NCBI GenBank assembly: GCA_964234715.1
Contig: OZ174277.1
Length of the DNA: 64,000 nt
Reading direction: 5' to 3' (one strand)
Source: Podarcis melisellensis
Lineage: Eukaryota
Shown: piece after piece, positions 23,516 to 34,600 of the stretch
Layout: every line of letters begins with the position of its first letter
How positions within the stretch are numbered: position 1 is the stretch's first letter
Position numbers and translations under genes: made by a program
The notes under the pieces: model-generated
The model's database searches: none
Seen by the model: only the letters and a program-made list of their open reading frames with translations
Told to the model about the DNA's origin: nothing

Positions 23516-23742
23516 TATACTCTCTTCCTAGTATTCTCCATCTGCATTTGACAACAAAAAAGATTTTGATTAGCCTAAGTAAAAACATGCAGGTTATTAA
23601 TATAGAAGACAATCCATCAGAGAAAGATGGGACACAAGTGTTCCTGCATACACAGATGGTGGTCAGCATGGGAAGAATATATTCACAGGTGAATGAGATT
23701 GCCAGCATTTATTTTTGCAACAAACAGTTCCATAGCACTAAG

Positions 23743-23915
23743 CAGTGTTGTAGCTATAGGGGGGCTAGTCAGATCTTTTTGCCCCTGGTGAAGCCACCAG
23801 AGGGGCGCAATTGAGGCTCCCAGCTTGTGTGTGTGTGTGTATACACAAATGTGTATGGGGTGTGTGCCAAACTGGGTCTTTGACCTAGGTGAAGTAAAAC
23901 CTAGTTTCGCCCCTG
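23743..23915. mobile_element. hAT-type MITE (older)
   Basis: Degenerate TIRs CAGTGTTGTAGC...GTTTCGCCCCTG. Confidence 0.5.
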
Positions 23916-24000
23916 GTGCTAAAGCAAACCATAACTTGGAATGAGAACCAATATTGTAGACAAAGCACTCCTTCCCCTGATCACACTACCTAGGCCTAAG

Positions 24001-24186
24001 CCAAACTGTGTGTCAGGACAAATTAGTGTGTCGGCTGCACTGTGTTGAGTGTGCCTTGCAAATGCTCCCAGGGCTGGAAATGGGTTAATTTAACCTCTAA
24101 TCTGCTAGTAAAACTGAATTACTGTGTCACGAAATGACACATGTCTAAAAAGTGTGTCACCAACAAGAAAAGTTTGGAAAGCTCTG
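24001..24186. mobile_element. hAT (Charlie-like) DNA transposon remnant
   Basis: CCAAACTGTGTGTC...AGTTTGGAAAGCTCTG with GCCTAAG on both sides and repeated TGTGTC subterminal motifs. Confidence 0.55.
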
Positions 24187-24949
24187 GCCTAAGCCGTGGT
24201 TTGGCTTAGGGTTATGTTTGAACCTGGGCTTGTGGTTTGTCCACCAAGTCAGAGGGGAGGGGGAGAGCAAGTGAAGAGCAGTTCTCCAAAGAGGACAGAG
24301 TGGAGCGACCACTGTATACAATTCTTCCTATGAAAAAGTACAGGGCCTACTGCTCAACCAAGTCTTATCCAATGAAAAGCAGTCTTCACTCTTAACCACA
24401 ATAGGTAGAAGTGCTTTCTCATTACTAAACAGCAAGGCACTCTGCACATGTTCTTTGTGCACTTATGCACAACCCTAGTCTACTTAACTGGGAGCAAGCC
24501 TCACTGAATTCAACATTGAATTATTCCTCAGCAGACAAGTTAAGCATTACAAGGTTAGTCCTGGACTCAGGTGGGGTGTGGGAAGGCAAATTGCACCCAA
24601 AGCAGAACTAAGTGGCGATATAAAACATGACCCACCACCACTCTCCGGTTAAACTGGTGCGGTCCAAGTCCACCACTTCGGAACTTCGACCCCCTCGTTC
24701 CCTCTTCGGGTGCTGACCAGGCCTTAAGGCAGCCCCAGCCCCCCCTTTCACCCCAGTGACCTCCAGCTGCTGTTGGACTACATGCCCAGTCACCACAAAC
24801 CAGGATGGCTTGAGTTGTAGTCCAGCAACGTCTGGAGGGCCGTAAAGGCACCCCCACTCTCCAAACCCCCACCCTTGCAGAAAGCAGGGGCGAGAAAGTG
24901 GGAGACGTGGGAACTGGGAGCGGGAAGAGTTACATGCTGGTGGGGGTGG

Positions 24950-25760
24950 GGTATGATGCCATTCGGGGGAAAGACAATATATAGATAACTCGGGAGATGT
25001 GCTCGTGGGAATGCCTCCGCGGGGATCGGCAGGGGTTCCGGGCAAGCGAGGCAGCCACCCGCTTGATCCCCACCCGCTTGATCCCCCCCACCCGCTTGAT
25101 CCCCCCCACCCGCTTGATCCCCCCCACCCGCTTGATCCCCACGAGAGAAAGACACCCCCCCCACTCCCTTCCCGGGCCACTGGTTTCCACAAACCGGAAT
25201 AACGCGCGGCGTGCGGCCTCCGCTTCTCCTCACTTTCGCTCCCTCGGCCGCCGGCCGCCTCTCTCGCTGACAACACTCCCCCCACCCCCAAAACACCGCC
25301 ACCTTCGCCGCCGCCAAACGGGAGAGGTGGCGCCCGGAAGAGCCCGGCCAATCACCGGAGACGCTGGGGCGCGCGCCGTGCCTCGACGTCAGCAGCTCCC
25401 TCCTCTGCCACAGAAACGCTTGGCGCCAAAAGGAAGCGTCAAGGCCCTCCCCTTCGGGATGCACGAGGGGCGGGTTTCCTTCGCCGGAGCTGCTTCAACG
25501 AGCGGCTCCGCTGGGGGGCGCCTGCTTTTGCTCTCGGGAGCAACCCGGCGGATTCTGTTTTTATATGCAAACGCAAGCCCTGAAGCCGCCGTCGGTGTTT
25601 CGATACTACAAAGCCACCAGAAAACTTCGTGGCTGATAACTTTGCCGGGGCAGAAGTTTGGGTTGGCGCAGCCGCAGAGCTCGTTTTAATCAGCGAGGAG
25701 CGTTTGTTTGTTTCGCCAAAAGCCTTATTGCGGTAACGTCAGCTGTCAGACGTGCATGAG
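24950..25760 (-). promoter_or_regulatory. CASP8AP2: CpG-island promoter and non-coding first exon of CASP8AP2
   Basis: CpG-dense. E2F palindrome TTGGCGCCAA 25420-25429, further E2F-like TTGGCGC (~25663) and TTTCGCCAAA (25711), CCAAT 25348, ETS CCGGAAG 25334, GC box ~25467. Possible exon-1 donor CCG|gtttgt at 25194. Confidence 0.8.
25057..25140. repeat. GC-rich minisatellite (ACCCGCTTGATC4-7) x5
   Basis: Units of 15, 18, 18, 18 and 15 bp read directly. Confidence 0.95.
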
Positions 25761-25935
25761 GACAGAGAAACTCTTCTCTGTCAGCTGTCAATTGAGGGCA
25801 TGCCCCAAATATGTGATATAGAGTGGGCTCCTAAAGGCGCTAGTCCTGTTCACGAGGATTGGGAGGAAGTCCCGTTAAATGCAATGGAGCTTACTTCCAA
25901 ATAAACATGCATAGGGTTATGGAAAAGCTCATGCC

Positions 25936-26080
25936 CAGGGCTTTTTCTGTGAGTGCTCAAGGGTATGCAGTACCAACACCTTTCCTCACAAATGTTAAAA
26001 GTGTGGCACTTATTGTAACAACTTCATGGTCAGTACCAACACCTTTCCCCCCTATTTTTAAAAACAAAACAAAAGCACTG
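25936..26080. mobile_element. hAT-type MITE (older)
   Basis: CAGGGCTTTTT...AAAAGCACTG; imperfect TSD CTCATGCC/CTTATGTC. Confidence 0.65.
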
Positions 26081-26167
26081 CTTATGTCACAGTACACATT
26101 GCAAGCCTATGCTTGTCTACTCAGAAGTAAGCCCTGTTGAATTCAGTGGAACTTAAATGTAAAGGAG

Positions 26168-26313
26168 CAGTGGCATAGCGTGGGGGTGCAGGGGGGGCCG
26201 GCCGCACCGGGCGCAACATCTGGGGGTTAGGGTTAGGGGGCGCAAATCCACAGGTTAGAGGGTGCAAATTACTTGCCTTGCCCCGGGTGCTGACAACCCA
26301 CACTACGCCACTG
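26168..26313. mobile_element. hAT-type MITE
   Basis: TIR CAGTGGCATAG...CTACGCCACTG; perfect 8-bp TSD TAAAGGAG at 26160-26167 and 26314-26321. Confidence 0.85.
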
Positions 26314-27420
26314 TAAAGGAGTAAGGCCCACTGGGTACAATGGAGCTTCTGAGGTAATAATAATAATAAGAAGTTATTTATATCCTGCCCTTCCCAGCCG
26401 AAGCAGGGCTCAGAGCTCCTAACAACAATAAAAGTAACACAGCATTCTAAAATCAATTCATTCTAAAATCAATGCAAGGTTGCACTATTAAGTCTTCAAG
26501 GTGCTACTAGATTATTTGCTGTTGGTGTAAGTAATAGACCTCAAATGAGCAATGGTTCAGCATTTTTAAAAAATGTATCTAGCAATCCATCTTTCATCTC
26601 CTAGATAAAGGGCAAGGGGAAAGGATGGCTAAAGCTGGCTGTTGGATAATTTTTTGTGGTTTTGGAAACACAGCAAATGAGATGAGACCTTTGCAACTGG
26701 ATTTTATGTATGCTTTCTCAGCAGAAAGCCCCGGAGTTCAATGTGACATACTGTCATGTACTATATAGCTGCTATAGCACATACAGTTAATTACATCTTG
26801 TACCAACTAGGGGTTAAAAAGATTGATTGTAAATTTTCAGATCTCCTTTGACCTAAAAAGTTAACTGTCATTTGTTGGCTTTGTTCCAGCTATCCCATAT
26901 AGTTTTTAAGGTTCATTACAATAGTACTTTTGATAGCAGCAACTTTGTCTTTTGGCACACAAACTTGTTCGCATGCAACAAAGTGCTTTTGGCCACTTCC
27001 ATTTAAGGTGCTCTGTGCAATCTAACCCTTTGTATATTTATTTGGGACTTAGTCTGAATAAATTCCAATCAGCTTTATCCCTAGTAAGTCCGTTTAAGAT
27101 GGCAGCTGTGCGGTCCAGTCCTGTGCAGGTATAGGTATGTCAGGGATTGTTGCCTAGAAATCAATGGACTTGTAAGCTTAATTTCCTTTAAGGCTAGCTG
27201 GGCTGTTGATGTTTTGCCCCCAAACACAGGCCCTGCTGTTCAGTACAGTATAGTGCTAGAGCGCCACAACCCTGAGTATTTTCGTGCTGCTTTCAAACTA
27301 TTCCTGCCACCCTTGAAAACCTATTTCTCTCCTTCCTCTAACAGAAACTGATGTAGCTCCATCAACTGGGGAAAGGTTTTGTTGCTGTTGTTGTTTATCA
27401 GCACACTTTTGTTTGTTTTA

Positions 27421-27680
27421 GTTACAGGTAGCTGTGTTGGTCTGCCTAGTCGAAACAAAATAAAATAAATAAAATAAAACAATTCCTTTCAGTAGCACCT
27501 TAGAGACTAAGTTAATTATTGGTATGAGGTTTCATCTTAGTTGGTCTCTAAGGTGCTACGGTCACGACTGGACCTAATGGTCAGGGGTCCCTTTACCTTT
27601 ACTTTTTAAGGTGCTACTGGAAGGATTTATTTTATTTGTATTTTTTATTTTATTTTTGTTTTGTTTGTTTGTTTGTTCGG
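27421..27680. mobile_element. Penelope-like element terminal-repeat remnant (inverted arms)
   Basis: GGTAGCTGTGTTGGTCTG...CAGTAGCACCTTAGAGAC and its inverted copy GTTGGTCTCTAAGGTGCTACTGGAAGGA, a pattern recognised from reptile Penelope-like elements. Confidence 0.65.
27560..27606 (+). mobile_element. 5'-truncated Sauria SINE 3' end
   Basis: CGACTGGACCTAATGGTCAGGGGTCCCTTTACCTTTAC, matching the 3' end of the 19813 copy. TSD TAAGGTGCTAC at 27549-27559 and 27607-27617. Confidence 0.8.
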
Positions 27681-27699
27681 AGGTAAGTCCCAATGGGAT

Positions 27700-28650
27700 G
27701 TTCCCTATGCTTTAAAGCCCAAACGCCCTGCAGCCACGGCGTTTCTGTTTTTATCTAACACAAACCCGGCTTTTGAGGGACTTGGCGCAAAAACCCCGCG
27801 CAACTTCAGCCTACAGCGAAGGAGAGGAGGGAAATCCTATTTATCCCCGCGCGCAACGCTCGAAACTATGCAGGGAGTTGCTACGAAGGAAAGTCGCCGT
27901 GCATGCTGGGATGAGTAGTTTTTGTGCGTGTGTGTCTCTGCAAGAGGCGGGTGAAAAAAGCAAAGGCCGAGACCATCCCTCCTCCGCCTTGGTTTGTCGC
28001 TGGGAGATGACGCGGCGTATACACGGGGAAAACGAAAGTCGCTCTCCTTCCCCACGTGTCGCGCAGCAGCAGCGGGTGGCGGAGGGCGCTAGCTGGTTGC
28101 CTTCGCGCGCGCGCGCCCACCGCCCGTTACCTCGGTCCCGGGGCGAAGGGGAGCTGCTCCGGGAAGGCCGAGGCAATGGAGCACCTGCGTCTCAGCCTGG
28201 CGGCTCCGCTGCAGATGGTCGCGCAGAGGAACGAGAGGAGCAGCGGCGAGCTCAGCAGGTTCCTCGCCAAACAGGTGGGAGAGCAACAATAGCGGCGGCG
28301 GCGCCCTCTTCGCCCTCCGCAGTCGTGGGGGGAGGGCAGTGATGGACATCGAGCTGGGGGAGGGGGCAGCCAGGCAGCCTTTGCCTGGGGCTGGCCGTCC
28401 ATCTTCGCTGGCTCGACCCCCCCCCCGCGCCGTTTCTTCAAAGTGCCTTGTGGGCGGAGGGGGTGGTCTGGCTGGAGAAGGAGAGGGAGCAGAGCTGGGT
28501 CTTGCCTTCTTTGTTTTCTCATGGTGGCGGGAGGTGGGGAGGAAAGGAGGCGAGAGTCCCCTCCATGAGCCTCCCAGCGCTTTAAAAGCCCCAAGCAGAG
28601 TGGAGATGGTTTAAATTTGTAAAGAGAACCTCTGGATCGCCGAGGAGCTT
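27700..28650 (+). promoter_or_regulatory. MDN1: CpG-island promoter of MDN1
   Basis: CpG-dense around the ATG at 28176. Canonical E-box CACGTG 28053-28058, E2F-like TTGGCGC ~27782, half-CRE TGACG ~28008. Confidence 0.8.
28176..28274 (+). CDS. MDN1: MDN1 exon 1 (MEHLRLSLAAPLQ...FLAKQ)
   Basis: gcaATGG Kozak; CAG|gtggga. Confidence 0.9.
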
Positions 28651-31600
28651 CGTCTGTTTGTATTTCCTGTTGTTGTTTTTTATTTTTGTTTTTAAGAATA
28701 TACTTTGGCACAATCCTATCTGTTTACTTAAAGTGTTTGGTTTTTTTCCCAACTGCAAGGAAATGCTGCCTTGTTCAAATGTATATGGAAGATTTCTCAC
28801 TTCGTTGCTGTAAAGTTGATACTTCTCTGCTTACAAATTTGCAATACTATACACACACGCCTCCGCCATTGAGTCTGGGTAGTTGAAAAATACTGTTAGC
28901 CCCTCCTGTAAATAAATTCTTATACCACTTAAAGGAGTGTGTGTGCAGGGCCGAAACTAGGCTTTCTGTCACCAGGGCAAAGACCCAGTTCGGCACACAC
29001 ACCCTCAATACATTTGTTCATAAAAGCCATGACATGAAAGAAGCTGGAGAAGAGTTAGTTTCCCAAATAGTAAAATTTGATGTGTGTGTGTATCTGGCTT
29101 TCATTCAACCTCAAAAGAGTAATAGATCATTTGAGAAAATCTAAGAAGTATTATGACTGTATGATCAAAGGGAAGAGATACTGACACACACCCCTTGACT
29201 ACAGCCCTGGTGTGTGTTTGTTTATGTATGTATGTACTTCTAGTCCCTTTCAATAAACTAATCATGTAGAAATAAATTATTTTGGTAGTCTGCACAAACA
29301 AAAAGATTTAGGACTGATTCAGTCTGTTGCAAACGTTGTAAGTGGAAGGCACATTGGTATGTGGTGAAATATGTAAGTCTTGTGTAGGTCCCCATGTGCT
29401 CAGATCACATATATGGTATACAATATTTGCATATCAAAATGAATGCATGTATTGTATGGTTATGGAGCCTGAGACTGCTGGTGATTTTCACTATTTACTC
29501 CATCCTCAACAAAGTGCTTTTTGTGTATTAAAAGAGAGACTAATGTTACAAAGCTCTGTAAAGATGAGGGGTCATAATTCAATTTTAGTACAGCATTTTT
29601 GTTTCTCTTCATACTAGCATTAACTCTTTAGTAAATTTGCTGTTGCTTAATTTGGAGCTTAATTTGGCTTGCTTTAAAATTAAATTAAACGCACTGTTAA
29701 TATAAAAATTAAATGCACTATTAATAAAAATTAAACGCACTATTAATATAAGGGGGGCTAATTTAACTAATATCTTGTTTGCAAGAAGAATAGTCAGTTC
29801 TATTCTCAATTTGAAACTATATCTATCCACATTCTGCAAATATTTTTTTCCCAATGCTTTGCTGTACAATACTAAAATCTTCAAATGTTTCTTTGATAAT
29901 CCTTTAATCTTCCTGCCACACCAGCGTGCGTCACCACACCCTTGAGAGAACCACTGTGCTAGAATTTAGGTGGAAATCTAAGTTTAGGTAATTTTTAACT
30001 GACAAAATAGTAATATGCTAACAGCAGTAACAAAACAGAGGTTGTGCTTGCAGCAAAAATTAGTTTAATTAGAAATATTCCCAACTGCTAAAATACTGTT
30101 CTTCCCCCCAATCATACATTCTGATGGGGCAAGATTTCAAGCTTTGTAGCAAATTGGTTACAGCAACAACAAATTATTTTTACAGCTTGCTTAATCCATC
30201 TCTCATTGTTTTACTATAGAGCTTGAGCAAACATTTGGGCAAAGGTTATCTGCTCTCTTTGGACCACAGAGTGCTGTTCTTGTTTACAAGGGCTCCCTTG
30301 TTTTATGTAGCACTTTTTCTGAGTAGCTACATTCCCATCACTGTGATCCAAATGTAGTTTGCAGTGTTGTTTCAGGAAAATATATCTCATTGGGTACAAA
30401 ACCTTCCACCAGATTTGTACCATAGAGAACTGATTCATGTGCCCATTGAAAAGTAGTTCATTAGAAATGCTTTTACAAGGTTGGAATTTGTTTTTGGGGG
30501 GGGTTTTGTCAAAAGATTCAAAGATTTTCAAGGAATGATAGCAAAAGTTATCTCTATCTTTCCTAATTCTGTTATGTTACTCTTGGTAGGGCTATAAATT
30601 TCTTCCCTAACTACTGTCCTTGGGACTCTTTGGATTAAGCTGTCATCGATCTTTAGGCACTCATTTTGTACAATACTTTGACTGGGGTGGGAAACCCATA
30701 ACCCTCCAGATGTTGAGTCCCATTAGCTTCTGCCAGCATGGCCAGTGCTCAGGGATGATGGGAATTGGAGTCCACCTGGATCCCCATCCATGTTCTAAGG
30801 TTCTCTGTGTTGAATTTTTAAGAGCCCAGAGAGGCCCACTATATTTATAAGCCAAATTCCTATATTTGTAATCTTGAGTTAAAAAAATGAGGAGAGGGTT
30901 GTATTCCTTATACTTGGTTTATTGGAGTCAGAAGGTTGTTAGAGACATGCGATACTCTAGTTCACTGCCCCCTCCCCAATTCCAAGGCAAATGGTGTTTG
31001 TAATTGTTCATGTGTATGACACAGTCTGATACCACCCTATAGTAAAGTCACATTGTGTTTTCTTTCTTTTTTAATTTATTTAGAAATGTAGCCTGTCTTG
31101 TCATGGTAATTCAGGGTGGGTTAGAAAAACACTTTAAACAAGGAAGGGTGGAATTGGCAGTTTGCTTTCCTTAAATGAGCTGTAAATTAACTTTGTGCAC
31201 ATTTTTGTTTATTTTTGCGTGATAGCATGCCTAGCAGTAACCATCAATTTAAAGGTCTGCAAGAAAAGTAACCTTAAGTTTTTAAGAGCTTATAAGAAGC
31301 AACTCATCAAATATGGCTGCCAGTCTCTCGTTTTAGTAAGGCTTGTATGGCAGTTCCAAGTCTCTCATAGTAGAATGAATAAAGGGGGGACAGGAGAAAT
31401 GTTTATGTTACACTAAGTGTAAAGTACCTTTCCCTCCCATTCTTGCTTTCCACATTCTTCTTCAGCTCTTCCTCCTAGCTTTATCCTAATTCTATGGAGG
31501 TTTGAAAAATCTTTTTCATCCCTTTTTGTTGTACTTCTAAGGCAGTTTTCTTCAACCTTGGATTCCCAGATACTGTTGGACTTCAACACCCATCATCCAC

Positions 31601-34600
31601 AGCCAGCGTAGGCAATAATCAGGAATGATGGGAGTTGTAGTCCAACAATATCTGGGAATCCAAGGTTGAAGAATGTTGCTCTAAAGTCTCTTCCATACAC
31701 AACATGACTTGTACTTCAGTAGAATGCAGGGGGGGATCACTCTTTACTGAGCATCTCTTTGTTTTCAGATCTGGAGTCAGCAGGACCGTCAGTGCATCCT
31801 CAGTGCCTTAGCACAGTTACTGTTGGATAAAGAATGCACGCTCCTCATTGGCCGTCAGTTTCGCCCAATCTTGCTCGATTTGATGGAAAGAAATGCAGAA
31901 ATAATTAAATCCAGTGGCCAGATCAACCATGATCTTCATGAGAGACTCTGTGTGGCAATGAGCAAACTTATTGGTGACCATCCAGATGTGATGCCGTAAG
32001 TCAGTAGATGTCTGGGATTAAGTTTTGCTTTCATGGGGAATTGCTTGGTGGACAAGCTGAGGGTTGGTGCACATGGTAGCCAGTTCAGGTTGGATTTACA
32101 TCCATACAGTCATGAGTAGTGAGCCCGGTTTCCACGATCCATATCCCTTTTTGAGGTGTGCTGCAGGAATTTGCAGCTGCGCATACCTTTTGTATCACAT
32201 GTCAAGGGTATCTGCTTGGCTAATTGTTTTAAACCAAGGCCTTGTATTCTATTACATGCTCAATTCAGCAATTACTGAATTGCAACTAAAGCTGCTGTTA
32301 GGTGCACATTTACTTGGAAGCGAGCCATACTTTTGAATAAAATGCATAGGATTGGACAATAAGGGTGATGTAACCCAAGCTTCAGTTTAGAGGAATACAA
32401 AGATTGAATGGCAGTTAGACCTTCATCTTCTTTAACATAAAGGGGTGTGTGTGTGCATTATTTGATTCAGTGAGAGAGGTTTAAGTGAAAGTTGCTCTTG
32501 ACAGATCCCCATATTAGATTAGAAGTAACACTTTTATCCAAGGAGTTTTGAGTAACATGCATACTGTTCCTATCTTGCTACTAGTGAGATCAGAGCTGGG
32601 TCTACATCAAGTGTCTTCAGGCTATTGTTTGAGTGTCAAGTCCAGAATACTACTTCCAACCAGTTGTCCCTACCCCACCCCACTCACAGGCTGACCTTAA
32701 TTTCTGATAAACTAAGGAACTGAAAAATGGTGATGGATTTCAGTTTTTTTATTAAAACATAATTTGCTGAAAAGAAGACCATAACTTTTCTTAGGACCTT
32801 TTTTTTTTTTTTTTTTTTGGCCAATTTCTTTCCAAGTTCAGAAAAGCTTAGCATTCTTATTTGTGTCAGGACTTTAATAGGTAAGCATCTGCTTCATCAG
32901 ATGAGCTGAAACCTCGCTGTTCTAGCTACATTTGCATTTGCTTTCAATATCTTCATTTCATGTAGATTTGCTTTGAGATACTTTAAGGATACTTCACCAG
33001 TGTTCCAAAGACTGTTTCTGGAGAGCTCAGATACAAATATGGTTCGATATGGGCGACGACGAATGAAGTTAAGGGATCTCATGGAGGCAGCCTACAAATT
33101 CCTCCAAAAAGAGCAGGCTGTATTCAGAGAGTTATGGGACTGGAGTGTGTGTGTCCCTTTACTGAGGAGTCATGATACTTTAGTTCGATGGTAAGTTTAA
33201 TTTTCGTTTAATTTTATATGTCACTTTCAGTGTGTAGTGGGGACTATTTTATTTCTGTCTTACTAATACCTCATGGGGAAAGTAAGGTACAGCAATAAGG
33301 GCAGAAAATGACTTGGCCACATTTGAGTTGGATTTGAAACCTACAGTATAGTTACTGGACTACATTAGACCTCTTATTGACAAGAAGAGCAGTTTCTGGC
33401 AAGAGGTTGAGGCTAAAATTGCTGGAGTCAAATATGAAGAAAGATTGATTTGGTCATATTGGGTGTATTTTCTTAGAACCTACTACTACTCCTTAATTTT
33501 CAGGCCCAGGGGCTGACAATAACCCCACACTAAATTGTGAGACCTACATCCAAGTTCTTTGTTTTTTGTCCTGTTCCATCACTCTTCTCTTACAAATGCA
33601 ATAACCATAAGGCAGAATGAAAATGGTGGTACTGCCATTGGTGTGGCTCACTTTAAGTTGGCACATAGACCTGTGCATCAGTGGCCAAATCATTTATTGA
33701 AGACCATTGATCAAACAGAGACCATTTGAAGGGACAGGATAGCCTTTTGTTGTTTTTCTCTGAAAGGAACCTGGTTCTATAGACTTAAGATGTAACAGTA
33801 CTTGAACTACCTTTGCTTCATAGGTATACTGCCAGTTGTCTCGCACTGGTTACGTGCATGAATGATGAGCATCGGTTATCCTTCCTGAAGAAGATATTTA
33901 ATCCAGAAGAGTTAATACATTTCAGACTTAAGTAAGTTTTCCCCCAAGATGTCTTTGTGTGTGTTTTTTCAGTTAATATTTTACATGGTAGATTTGTCTC
34001 CCATTTGTTCAAAACATTGAAAGATGCACATTTTTGACTGATAGGCTACTGGAGGAATCACGGATGCAGAACGTTGAGTGTGCCCTTGTCCTGGCCAATC
34101 CAGACGCAACCTTTTGGAACAAAGAGGAGGAGTTGCGGTACACTCAGGGAGAACTTGTATCTGCTGACCTCTCTGCAAAGGTTGTAGCAGTATGTGGTGT
34201 TCTGCTCCCTAGACAACAGTTTGGACCAGGAGAAAATGTAAGTAAAGGACTGATACGTAAGTTAAATTCTTTGGCACTGATCCTGATCTACCTTTTGCCT
34301 ATCCCAGCTCTAGGAGATTTCCCTCTGAAAAGAGAGGAATCCTGGGCCTTTGTTTCCCTCAAAATTTCTTCGTAGTGCTACTTTGATGCATTTAAGCATT
34401 GATTAAAATCCTGTCCTTCGGTTTTAAGGCAAAAACAAACATGTTTTGTATAAAAGTTTCTGCAAAATAGTATCCTTCCCTTTATAGATGGAATACACTT
34501 TAAGAGCAAGCGCCTTTGAAATCTCCAGTCCCATTTCTGATCCATGCCACTGTGTGTGTTTTTTTCTCTCCCTTTTTGATATCCACAGGCTTGGATGTTA

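Noticed and set aside
25057-25140. Regularly spaced direct repeats resembling a CRISPR array
   Set aside because: No unique spacers, eukaryotic context and no cas genes; it is a minisatellite.
24567-25689. Long overlapping ORFs (224-247 aa) on both strands with GGSSGW / GGGDQA / TRLIPP repeats
   Set aside because: Explained by the stop-poor CpG island and a VNTR whose units are multiples of 3; open in several frames, with no recognisable domain.
27661-28800. Multiple ORFs up to 194 aa around MDN1 exon 1
   Set aside because: GC-rich promoter artefacts; only 28176-28274 matches midasin.
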